DNA from: the human T2T-CHM13v2.0 reference genome, Homo sapiens
Direction: 5' to 3' (one strand)
DNA length: 64,000 bases
Assembly (NCBI RefSeq): GCF_009914755.1
Contig: NC_060948.1
Below, one piece after another: positions 11,571-23,482 of the stretch (position 1 is the stretch's first letter; every line of letters starts with the position of its first letter). Made by a program: the position numbers and the translations under genes. Under the pieces are notes generated by a model. It was not told where the DNA came from. It worked only from the letters and a program-made list of their open reading frames with translations, and did no database searches.

Positions 11571-14500
11571 AAGAAAGGTTCAAATATATGAGATGAATGC
11601 ACACATCACAAAGAAGTTTCTCAGAATCTCTCTGTGTAATTTTTATGTGAAGATATTTCCTTTCCCACCTTAGGTCTTAAAACGCTCCAAATATCCACTT
11701 GCAGATACTACAAGAAGATTGTTTCAAAACTGCACAAAAAAAGAAATGTTCAATTCTGTTTGATGAATGCACACATCACAAAGAAGTTTCTCAGAATGCT
11801 TCTCTGTAGTTTTTATGTGAAGATATTTCCTTTTCCACAATAGGCCTCAAAGGGCTCCAAATATCCACTTCCAGATTCTATGAAAAGAATATTTCCAAAC
11901 TGCTCAATCATAGGAAATGTTCAACTCTGTGAGATGAATGCACACATCACAAGAAATTTCTCAGAATCCTTCAGTGTAGGTTTTATGAGAAGATAATTCC
12001 TTTTCCACAATAGTTCTCAAAGCACTCAAAATATCCACTTGCAGATTCTACAAAAGGAGTATTTCAAAACTGCTCAATCAAAAGAAAGGTTCAACTCTGT
12101 GGGATGAATGGACACATCACAAAGAAGTTTCTCAGAATGCTTCTGTGTAGTATTTTTGTGAAGATATTTCTTTTCCACCATAGACCGCCAGGGGACACAA
12201 ATATCCACTTTCAGATTCTACAACAAGAGAGGTTCAAAACTACTCGATCAAGAGATGGTTTCAACTATGTGAGTTGAATGCACACATCACAAAGAACTAT
12301 GTCGGAATTCTTCTGTGTAGTTTTTATGTGAAGATATTTCCTTTTCCACAATAGACGTCAAAGTGATCCAGATATCCACTTGCAGATTCCACAAAAAGAG
12401 TGTTTCAAAAGTGCACAACCAAAAGAAAGGTTCAACTAGGTGAGATGAATGCACACATCAGAAGGAAGTTTCTCAGAATGCTTCTGCATAGCTTTTAAGG
12501 GAAGATACTTCCTTTTCCAACATAGGCCTCAAAGCACTCCAAATATCCTCCTGGAGATACCACAAAAAGAGTGTTTGCAAACTGCTCAATCAAAAGAAAG
12601 ATTTAACTCTGTGAGATGAATCCACACATGACAAAGAAGTTTCTCAGAATGCTTCTGTGTAGTTTTTATGTGAAGATATTTCCTTTTCCACAATAAGACC
12701 CAAAAGGCTCCAAATATTCACTTGCAGATTCTAAAAAAAACAGTGTTTCAAAACTGCTCAATCAAAAGATAGTTCAACTCTGTGAGAAGAATGCTCACAT
12801 CACTGAGAAGTTTCTCAGAATGCTTCTGTGTAGTTTTTATATGAAGATATTTCCTTTCCCACCGTAGGCCACAAAAGGCTCCAAATATCCACTTGCAGAT
12901 ACTATGAAAAGAGAGTTTCAAAACTGCTCATTCAAAAGATAGGTTCAACTCTGTGGTTTGAATGCACACAGCACAAAGAAGTTTCACAGAATGTGTCTGT
13001 GTAGTTTTTATGTGCGGATGTTTCCTTTTCCACCATATGCCTAAATATTTCCCAATTTCCACTTGCAGATTCCACAAGAAGAGTGTTTCAAAACTGCTGT
13101 ATCAAATAAAGTTGAACTCTGTGAGGTGAATGCACACAGCACAAAATGGTTTCTCAGAATGCTTCCTTGTTGTTTTTATATGAAGATGTTTCCTTTTCAA
13201 CAATAGGCCTCAAAGTGCTTCAAATGTCCACTTGCAGATTCTACAAAAAGAGTGTTTCAAAACTGCTCAATCAAAAGAAAGGTTCGACTCTGGGAAATTA
13301 ATGCACACATCACAAAGAAGTTTCTCAGCTTCTGTGTAGTTTTCATGTGAAGTTATTTCCTTTTCCACAATAGGCCGCAAAGGGCTCCAAATATCAACTT
13401 ACAGATTCTAGGAAAAGAGAGTTTCAAAACTGCTCTACGAAAAGATAGGTTGAACTCTGTGAGATGAATGCACACATCACAAAGAAGTTTCTCAGAATGC
13501 ATCTGTGTAGTTTTTACGGGAAGATATTTCCTTTTCCACCATCTTCCACAAAGGTCTCCAAGTAACCACTTGCAGACTCTACAGAAAGACACTTTAAAAA
13601 CTGCTCTATCAAAAGATCAGTTCAAGTCTGTGGTTTGAATGCACACATCACAAAGAATTTTCTCAGAATGCTTCTGTGTAGTTTTCATATGAAGATATTT
13701 CCTTTTCCACCATAGGCCTCAAAGCACTCCAAATATCCACTTGCAGATTCTACAAAAAGAGATTTTCAAAACTAGTCAATCAAAAGAAAGGTTCAACTCT
13801 GTCAGTTGAATGCACATATCACAAACAAGTTTCTCGGAATGCGTCTGTGTAGTTTTTATGTGAAGATATTTCCTTCTCCACAACAGGCCTCAAAGTGCTC
13901 CGAATATCCACTTGCAGATTTTACTAAAGAGTGTTTCCAAACTGCTCAATCAAGAGGAAGTTTCAAGTCTGTGAGCTGAACGCACACATCACAAAGTAGT
14001 TTCTGAGAATGCTTCTGTGTAGTTTTTATGTGAAGATGTTTCCTTTTCCACCATAGGCTGCAAAGGGCTCCAAATATCCACTTGCAGATTCTACAAAAAG
14101 AGAGTTTCAAAAGTGCTCTATCAAAAGATAGGTTCAACTATGTGATATGAATGCACACATCACAAAGTAGTTTCTCAGAATGCTTCTGTGTAGTTTTTAT
14201 GTAAAGATATTTCCTTTTCCACCATAGGCCTCAAAGCACTCCAAATATCCACTTGCAGATTCTACAAAAAGAGATTTTCAAAACTATTTAATCAAAAGAA
14301 AGGTTCAAATCTGTCAGTTGAAGGTACATATCACAAACAAGTTTATTGGAATGCTTCTGTGTAGTTTTTATGTGAAGATATTTCCTTTTCCACAACAGGC
14401 CTCAAGGTGCTCCAAATATCCACTTGCAGATTTCACTAAAAGTGTGTTTCCAAGCTGCTCAATCAAGAGGAAGTTTCAAGTCTGTGAGGTGAATGCACAC

Positions 14501-17355
14501 ATTACAAAGAAGTTACTGAGAATGCTTCTGTGTAGTTTTTATGTGAAGATATTTCCTTTTCCACCGCAGGCCTCAAAGCGCTGCAAATATCCACTTGCAG
14601 ATTCTACAAAAAGAGAGTTTCAAAACTGCTGTATCAAAAGATAGGGTCAACTCTGCGAGTTGAATAAACACATCACAAATAAGTTTCTGGGAACGCTTCT
14701 GTATAGTTTTATGTGAATATATTTCCTTTTCCACCATATGCCTCAAAGCACTCCAAATATCCACTTGCACATTATAGAAACATAGTCTTTCAAAACTTGT
14801 CAATCAAAGAAAGGTTCAACTCCGTGAGATGAGTGCACACATCACAGAGAAGTTTCTCGGAATGTTTCTGTGTAGTTTTTATGTGAAGATATTGCCTTTT
14901 CCACAATAGGCCTCAAAGCGTTCCAAATATCCAATTGCAGATTCCACAAAAAAAGTTTTTTAAAACTGCTCAATCAAATGATAGATTAAACTCTGTGAGA
15001 TTAGTGCACACATGTCAAAAAAGTTTCTCAGAATGCTTCTGTGTACTTTTTAGGGGAAGATATTTCCTTTTCCACCATCGGCCACAAAGGACTCCAAATA
15101 ACCACATGCAGATTCTAGTAACACAGAGTTTCAAAACTGCTCTATCAAAAGATAAGTTCAACTCTGAGAGTTTAGTGCAACCATCGTGAAGAAGTTTCTC
15201 AGAATGCTTCTGAGTAGTGTTTATGTGAAGATATTTCCTTTTCCACCATAGGCCTGAAAGCCCTCCAAATATCCACTTGCAGATCCTACAAAAAGAAAGT
15301 TTCGAAATGCTCTCTCAAACGATAGTTTCGACTCTGTGGTATGAATACACACATCACAAAGAAGTTTCTCAGAATGCTTCTGTGTAGTTTTTAAATGAAG
15401 ATATTTCTTTTTCCACCATAGGCCTCAAAGCACTCCAAATATGCACTTCCAGATTCTACAAAAAGAGTGTTTCAGAACTGCTCAATCAAAAGGAAGGTTC
15501 CAGTCTGAGACAAATACACACATCAAAAGGTAGTTTCTCAGAATGCTTCTGTGTAGTTTTTATGTGAAGATATTTTCCTTTCCACCATAGGCCACAAATG
15601 GCTCTAAATACCCACTTACATTTTCCACAAAAAGAGAGTTTCAAAACTGCTCTACCAAAGGTAAGTTTAACGCTGTGAGTTAAGAACATCACAAAGAAGT
15701 TTCTCAGAATGCTTCTGTGTAGTTCTTACGTAAAGATATTTCCTTTTACACAATAGGCAGAAAAGTGCTCCAAATATCCACTTGAAGATTCTACAAAAAC
15801 CGTGTTTCAAAACTGCCGAATCAAAAGAAAGGTTCAACTCTGTGAGATGAATGCACACATAACAAAGGAGTTTCTCAGAATGCTTCTGTGTAGCTTTTAT
15901 ATGAAGACATTTAGTTTTCCACAACAGGCCTCAAAGCTCTCTCCATATCCACTTGCAGATTCTACCGAAAGAGTGCTTCCAAACTGCTCAATCAAAAGAG
16001 ACATTCAAATCTGTGAGGTGAATGCAGACATCGTAAAGAAGTTTCTCAGAATGCTTCTGTGTATTTTTTGTGTGAAGTTATTCGTTTTTGCACCATAGGC
16101 CTCCAAGCGTTCTAAATATCCACTTCTAGATTCTACAAAAAGAGAGTTTCAAAACTACTCAAACAAAAGGTTCAATTCTGTGAGTTGAAAGCAAACATCA
16201 CAAAGAAGTTTCTCAGAATGCGTCTGTGTAGTTTTTATGTGAAGATATTTCCTTTTCACAGTAGAATGCAAAGGGCTCCAAATATCCACTTGGAGATTCT
16301 ACAAAAAGAGTTTCAAAACCGCTCTGTCAAATGATAGGTTGAACTCCCGGAGGTGAATACACACATCACAAAGAGGTTTCTCAGCATGCTTCTGTGTAGT
16401 TTTTATGTAAACATATTTCCGTTTCTATCATAGGCCTCAAAGTGCTCCAAATATTCACTTGTACATTCTACCAAACGAGTATTTCAAAACTGCTCAATCA
16501 AATGGAAGGTTCAAAACTGTGACATGAATGCCCACATCACAAAGTAGTTTCTCAGAATGCTTCTGTGTAGTTTTTATGTGAAGATATTTCCTTTTCCACA
16601 ACAGCGTGCAAAACGCTTCAAATATGCCCTTAGAGATTCCACAAAAAGAGTGTTTCCAAACTACTCAAATCAAAAAATGATTTCAACTCTGTGAGATGAA
16701 TGCACACATCACAAACTAGTTTCTCAGAATGTTTCTGCCTGGTTCTCATGCGAAGATAGTTCCTTTTTCACCATAGGCCGCAATGTACTCCAAATATCCA
16801 CCTGCAGATTCTACAAAAGTGAGTTTCAAAACTGCTCTATCAAAAGATCAGTTCGTCTCTGTGAGTTGAATGCATACATCAAAAAGAAGCTTCTCAAAAT
16901 GCTTCTGTGTGGTTTTTCGGTGAAGATAGTTCTTTTTCTACCATAGGTCTCAAACCACTCCAAATATCCACTTGTAGATTCTATAAAAAGGAATGTTCAA
17001 AATTGCTCAATAAAAATAAAGTTTCAACACCGTGAGATGAGTGCACAAATCACAAAGAAGTTTCTCAAAATGCTTCTGGGTAGTTTTTCTGTGAAGATAG
17101 TTCCTTTTCTACCATGGGCCACAAAGGGCTCCAAATACCCACTTGCAGATTCTACAAAAAGAGAGTTTCACAACTGCTCTATCAAACAATATGTTCAACT
17201 TTGTGGGTTGAACACAAATATCACAAGAATTTTCTCCCAATGCTTCTGTGTAGTTTTTATGTGAAGACATTTCTTTTCCCTCCATAGTCCACAAAGTGCT
17301 CCAAATATCCACTTACATATTCTAGAAAAAGATTGCTTGGAAACTGCACAATTGA
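11571..17355 (-). repeat. HOR unit 3, 34-mer (5785 bp)
   Basis: Lines from 11581 reproduce 11 onward; offset +11570. Confidence 0.95.
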
Positions 17356-18467
17356 AAGAAAGGTCCAAATATATGAGATGAATGCACACATCACAAAGAA
17401 GTTTCTCAGAATCTCTCTGTGTAATTTTTATGTGAAGATATTTCCTTTCCCACCTTAGGTCTTAAAACGCTCCAAATATCCACTTGCAGATACTACAAGA
17501 AGATTGTTTCAAAACTGCACAAAAAAAGAAATGTTCAATTCTGTTTGATGAATGCACACATCACAAAGAAGTTTCTCAGAATGCTTCTCTGTAGTTTTTA
17601 TGTGAAGATATTTCCTTTTCCACAATAGGCCTCAAAGGGCTCCAAATATCCACTTCCAGATTCTATGAAAAGAATATTTCCAAACTGCTCAATCATAGGA
17701 AATGTTCAACTCTGTGAGATGAATGCACACATCACAAGAAATTTCTCAGAATCCTTCAGTGTAGGTTTTATGAGAAGATAATTCCTTTTCCACAATAGTT
17801 CTCAAAGCACTCAAAATATCCACTTGCAGATTCTACAAAAGGAGTATTTCAAAACTGCTCAATCAAAAGAAAGGTTCAACTCTGTGGGATGAATGGACAC
17901 ATCACAAAGAAGTTTCTCAGAATGCTTCTGTGTAGTATTTTTGTGAAGATATTTCTTTTCCACCATAGACCGCCAGGGGACACAAATATCCACTTTCAGA
18001 TTCTACAACAAGAGAGGTTCAAAACTACTCGATCAAGAGATGGTTTCAACTATGTGAGTTGAATGCACACATCACAAAGAACTATGTCGGAATTCTTCTG
18101 TGTAGTTTTTATGTGAAGATATTTCCTTTTCCACAATAGACGTCAAAGTGATCCAGATATCCACTTGCAGATTCCACAAAAAGAGTGTTTCAAAAGTGCA
18201 CAACCAAAAGAAAGGTTCAACTAGGTGAGATGAATGCACACATCAGAAGGAAGTTTCTCAGAATGCTTCTGCATAGCTTTTAAGGGAAGATACTTCCTTT
18301 TCCAACATAGGCCTCAAAGCACTCCAAATATCCTCCTGGAGATACCACAAAAAGAGTGTTTGCAAACTGCTCAATCAAAAGAAAGATTTAACTCTGTGAG
18401 ATGAATCCACACATGACAAAGAAGTTTCTCAGAATGCTTCTGTGTAGTTTTTATGTGAAGATATTTC

Positions 18468-18809
18468 TTTTTCCACAATAGGCCTCAAAGCGCTCAAAAT
18501 ATCCACTTTCACATTCTACAAAAAGAGTGTTTCAAAACTGCACAATCAAAAGATAGTTCAACTCTGTGAGTTGAATGCGCACAACAAAAAGATGTTTCTC
18601 AGAATTATTTCTGTGTAGTTTTTATGTGAAGATATTTCCTTTTCCACAATGGGCCTCAAAGTGCTCCAAATATCCACTTGCAGATTCTACAAAAAGAGTT
18701 TTCCAAAACTGCTCCATCAAAAGAAAGCTTCACCTCTGTGAGATGAATGCACATACCACAAAGAAGTGTCTCAGAATGCTTCTGTGTAGTTTTTATATGA
18801 AGATATTTC
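18468..18809 (-). repeat. 36-mer-specific pair of alpha-satellite monomers (2 x 171 bp), copy 1
   Basis: Sequence absent from 34-mers (e.g. gaatgcgcacaacaaaaagatgtttctcagaattatttctg; aagaaagcttcacctctg; acataccacaaagaagtgtctc). Boundaries are ambiguous by 12 bp. Confidence 0.93.
18725..18730. other. Extra HindIII site diagnostic of the 36-mer
   Basis: AAGCTT in aagaaagcttcacc; also at 24852, 30979 and 37106. Confidence 0.88.
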
Positions 18810-21800
18810 CTTTTCCACAATAAGACCCAAAAGGCTCCAAATATTCACTTGCAGATTCTAAAAAAAACAGTGTTTCAAAACTGCTCAATCAAAAGATAGT
18901 TCAACTCTGTGAGAAGAATGCTCACATCACTGAGAAGTTTCTCAGAATGCTTCTGTGTAGTTTTTATATGAAGATATTTCCTTTCCCACCGTAGGCCACA
19001 AAAGGCTCCAAATATCCACTTGCAGATACTATGAAAAGAGAGTTTCAAAACTGCTCATTCAAAAGATAGGTTCAACTCTGTGGTTTGAATGCACACAGCA
19101 CAAAGAAGTTTCACAGAATGTGTCTGTGTAGTTTTTATGTGCGGATGTTTCCTTTTCCACCATATGCCTAAATATTTCCCAATTTCCACTTGCAGATTCC
19201 ACAAGAAGAGTGTTTCAAAACTGCTGTATCAAATAAAGTTGAACTCTGTGAGGTGAATGCACACAGCACAAAATGGTTTCTCAGAATGCTTCCTTGTTGT
19301 TTTTATATGAAGATGTTTCCTTTTCAACAATAGGCCTCAAAGTGCTTCAAATGTCCACTTGCAGATTCTACAAAAAGAGTGTTTCAAAACTGCTCAATCA
19401 AAAGAAAGGTTCGACTCTGGGAAATTAATGCACACATCACAAAGAAGTTTCTCAGCTTCTGTGTAGTTTTCATGTGAAGTTATTTCCTTTTCCACAATAG
19501 GCCGCAAAGGGCTCCAAATATCAACTTACAGATTCTAGGAAAAGAGAGTTTCAAAACTGCTCTACGAAAAGATAGGTTGAACTCTGTGAGATGAATGCAC
19601 ACATCACAAAGAAGTTTCTCAGAATGCATCTGTGTAGTTTTTACGGGAAGATATTTCCTTTTCCACCATCTTCCACAAAGGTCTCCAAGTAACCACTTGC
19701 AGACTCTACAGAAAGACACTTTAAAAACTGCTCTATCAAAAGATCAGTTCAAGTCTGTGGTTTGAATGCACACATCACAAAGAATTTTCTCAGAATGCTT
19801 CTGTGTAGTTTTCATATGAAGATATTTCCTTTTCCACCATAGGCCTCAAAGCACTCCAAATATCCACTTGCAGATTCTACAAAAAGAGATTTTCAAAACT
19901 AGTCAATCAAAAGAAAGGTTCAACTCTGTCAGTTGAATGCACATATCACAAACAAGTTTCTCGGAATGCGTCTGTGTAGTTTTTATGTGAAGATATTTCC
20001 TTCTCCACAACAGGCCTCAAAGTGCTCCGAATATCCACTTGCAGATTTTACTAAAGAGTGTTTCCAAACTGCTCAATCAAGAGGAAGTTTCAAGTCTGTG
20101 AGCTGAACGCACACATCACAAAGTAGTTTCTGAGAATGCTTCTGTGTAGTTTTTATGTGAAGATGTTTCCTTTTCCACCATAGGCTGCAAAGGGCTCCAA
20201 ATATCCACTTGCAGATTCTACAAAAAGAGAGTCTCAAAAGTGCTCTATCAAAAGATAGGTTCAACTATGTGATATGAATGCACACATCACAAAGTAGTTT
20301 CTCAGAATGCTTCTGTGTAGTTTTTATGTAAAGATATTTCCTTTTCCACCATAGGCCTCAAAGCACTCCAAATATCCACTTGCAGATTCTACAAAAAGAG
20401 ATGTTCAAAACTATTTAATCAAAAGAAAGGTTCAAATCTGTCAGTTGAAGGTACATATCACAAACAAGTTTATTGGAATGCTTCTGTGTAGTTTTTATGT
20501 GAAGATATTTCCTTTTCCACAACAGGCCTCCAGGTGCTCCAAATATCCACTTGCAGATTTCACTAAAAGTGTGTTTCCAAGCTGCTCAATCAAGAGGAAG
20601 TTTCAAGTCTGTGAGGTGAATGCACACATTACAAAGAAGTTACTGAGAATGCTTCTGTGTAGTTTTTATGTGAAGATATTTCCTTTTCCACCGCAGGCCT
20701 CAAAGCGCTGCAAATATCCACTTGCAGATTCTACAAAAAGAGAGTTTCAAAACTGCTGTATCAAAAGATAGGGTCAACTCTGCGAGTTGAATAAACACAT
20801 CACAAATAAGTTTCTGGGAACGCTTCTGTATAGTTTTATGTGAATATATTTCCTTTTCCACCATATGCCTCAAAGCACTCCAAATATCCACTTGCACATT
20901 ATAGAAACATAGTCTTTCAAAACTTGTCAATCAAAGAAAGGTTCAACTCCGTGAGATGAGTGCACACATCACAGAGAAGTTTCTCGGAATGTTTCTGTGT
21001 AGTTTTTATGTGAAGATATTGCCTTTTCCACAATAGGCCTCAAAGCGTTCCAAATATCCAATTGCAGATTCCACAAAAAAAGTTTTTTAAAACTGCTCAA
21101 TCAAATGATAGATTAAACTCTGTGAGATTAGTGCACACATGTCAAAAAAGTTTCTCAGAATGCTTCTGTGTACTTTTTAGGGGAAGATATTTCCTTTTCC
21201 ACCATCGGCCACAAAGGACTCCAAATAACCACATGCAGATTCTAGTAACACAGAGTTTCAAAACTGCTCTATCAAAAGATAAGTTCAACTCTGAGAGTTT
21301 AGTGCAACCATCGTGAAGAAGTTTCTCAGAATGCTTCTGAGTAGTGTTTATGTGAAGATATTTCCTTTTCCACCATAGGCCTGAAAGCCCTCCAAATATC
21401 CACTTGCAGATCCTACAAAAAGAAAGTTTCGAAATGCTCTCTCAAACGATAGTTTCGACTCTGTGGTATGAATACACACATCACAAAGAAGTTTCTCAGA
21501 ATGCTTCTGTGTAGTTTTTAAATGAAGATATTTCTTTTTCCACCATAGGCCTCAAAGCACTCCAAATATGCACTTCCAGATTCTACAAAAAGAGTGTTTC
21601 AGAACTGCTCAATCAAAAGGAAGGTTCCAGTCTGAGACAAATACACACATCAAAAGGTAGTTTCTCAGAATGCTTCTGTGTAGTTTTTATGTGAAGATAT
21701 TTTCCTTTCCACCATAGGCCACAAATGGCTCTAAATACCCACTTACATTTTCCACAAAAAGAGAGTTTCAAAACTGCTCTACCAAAGGTAAGTTTAACGC

Positions 21801-23482
21801 TGTGAGTTAAGAACATCACAAAGAAGTTTCTCAGAATGCTTCTGTGTAGTTCTTACGTAAAGATATTTCCTTTTACACAATAGGCAGAAAAGTGCTCCAA
21901 ATATCCACTTGAAGATTCTACAAAAACCGTGTTTCAAAACTGCCGAATCAAAAGAAAGGTTCAACTCTGTGAGATGAATGCACACATAACAAAGGAGTTT
22001 CTCAGAATGCTTCTGTGTAGCTTTTATATGAAGACATTTAGTTTTCCACAACAGGCCTCAAAGCTCTCTCCATATCCACTTGCAGATTCTACCGAAAGAG
22101 TGCTTCCAAACTGCTCAATCAAAAGAGACATTCAAATCTGTGAGGTGAATGCAGACATCGTAAAGAAGTTTCTCAGAATGCTTCTGTGTATTTTTTGTGT
22201 GAAGTTATTCGTTTTTGCACCATAGGCCTCCAAGCGTTCTAAATATCCACTTCTAGATTCTACAAAAAGAGAGTTTCAAAACTACTCAAACAAAAGGTTC
22301 AATTCTGTGAGTTGAAAGCAAACATCACAAAGAAGTTTCTCAGAATGCGTCTGTGTAGTTTTTATGTGAAGATATTTCCTTTTCACAATAGAATGCAAAG
22401 GGCTCCAAATATCCACTTGGAGATTCTACAAAAAGAGTTTCAAAACCGCTCTGTCAAATGATAGGTTGAACTCCCGGAGGTGAATACACACATCACAAAG
22501 AGGTTTCTCAGCATGCTTCTGTGTAGTTTTTATGTAAACATATTTCCGTTTCTATCATAGGCCTCAAAGTGCTCCAAATATTCACTTGTACATTCTACCA
22601 AACGAGTATTTCAAAACTGCTCAATCAAATGGAAGGTTCAAAACTGTGACATGAATGCCCACATCACAAAGTAGTTTCTCAGAATGCTTCTGTGTAGTTT
22701 TTATGTGAAGATATTTCCTTTTCCACAACAGCGTGCAAAACGCTTCAAATATGCCCTTAGAGATTCCACAAAAAGAGTGTTTCCAAACTACTCAAATCAA
22801 AAAATGATTTCAACTCTGTGAGATGAATGCACACATCACAAACTAGTTTCTCAGAATGTTTCTGCCTGGTTCTCATGCGAAGATAGTTCCTTTTTCACCA
22901 TAGGCCGCAATGTACTCCAAATATCCACCTGCAGATTCTACAAAAGTGAGTTTCAAAACTGCTCTATCAAAAGATCAGTTCGTCTCTGTGAGTTGAATGC
23001 ATACATCAAAAAGAAGCTTCTCAAAATGCTTCTGTGTGGTTTTTCGGTGAAGATAGTTCTTTTTCTACCATAGGTCTCAAACCACTCCAAATATCCACTT
23101 GTAGATTCTATAAAAAGGAATGTTCAAAATTGCTCAATAAAAATAAAGTTTCAACACCGTGAGATGAGTGCACAAATCACAAAGAAGTTTCTCAAAATGC
23201 TTCTGGGTAGTTTTTCTGTGAAGATAGTTCCTTTTCTACCATGGGCCACAAAGGGCTCCAAATACCCACTTGCAGATTCTACAAAAAGAGAGTTTCACAA
23301 CTGCTCTATCAAACAATATGTTCAACTTTGTGGGTTGAACACAAATATCACAAGAATTTTCTCCCAATGCTTCTGTGTAGTTTTTATGTGAAGACATTTC
23401 TTTTCCCTCCATAGTCCACAAAGTGCTCCAAATATCCACTTACATATTCTAGAAAAAGATTGCTTGGAAACTGCACAATGAA

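Larger units (their letters stand above)
17356..23482 (-). repeat. HOR unit 4, 36-mer variant (6127 bp)
   Basis: Offset jumps by 6127; 342 extra bp at ~18468-18809. Confidence 0.95.

Noticed and set aside
18468-18809. Extra 342 bp as a mobile-element insertion with target-site duplication
   Set aside because: It is entirely alphoid and in register (2 x 171); the flanking 12-bp identity is ordinary monomer homology. There is no poly-A tail or terminal repeat.
18575-18823. 82-aa ORF present only in 36-mers
   Set aside because: It is just the translation of the extra monomers, with the same alphoid peptide pattern and no gene context.
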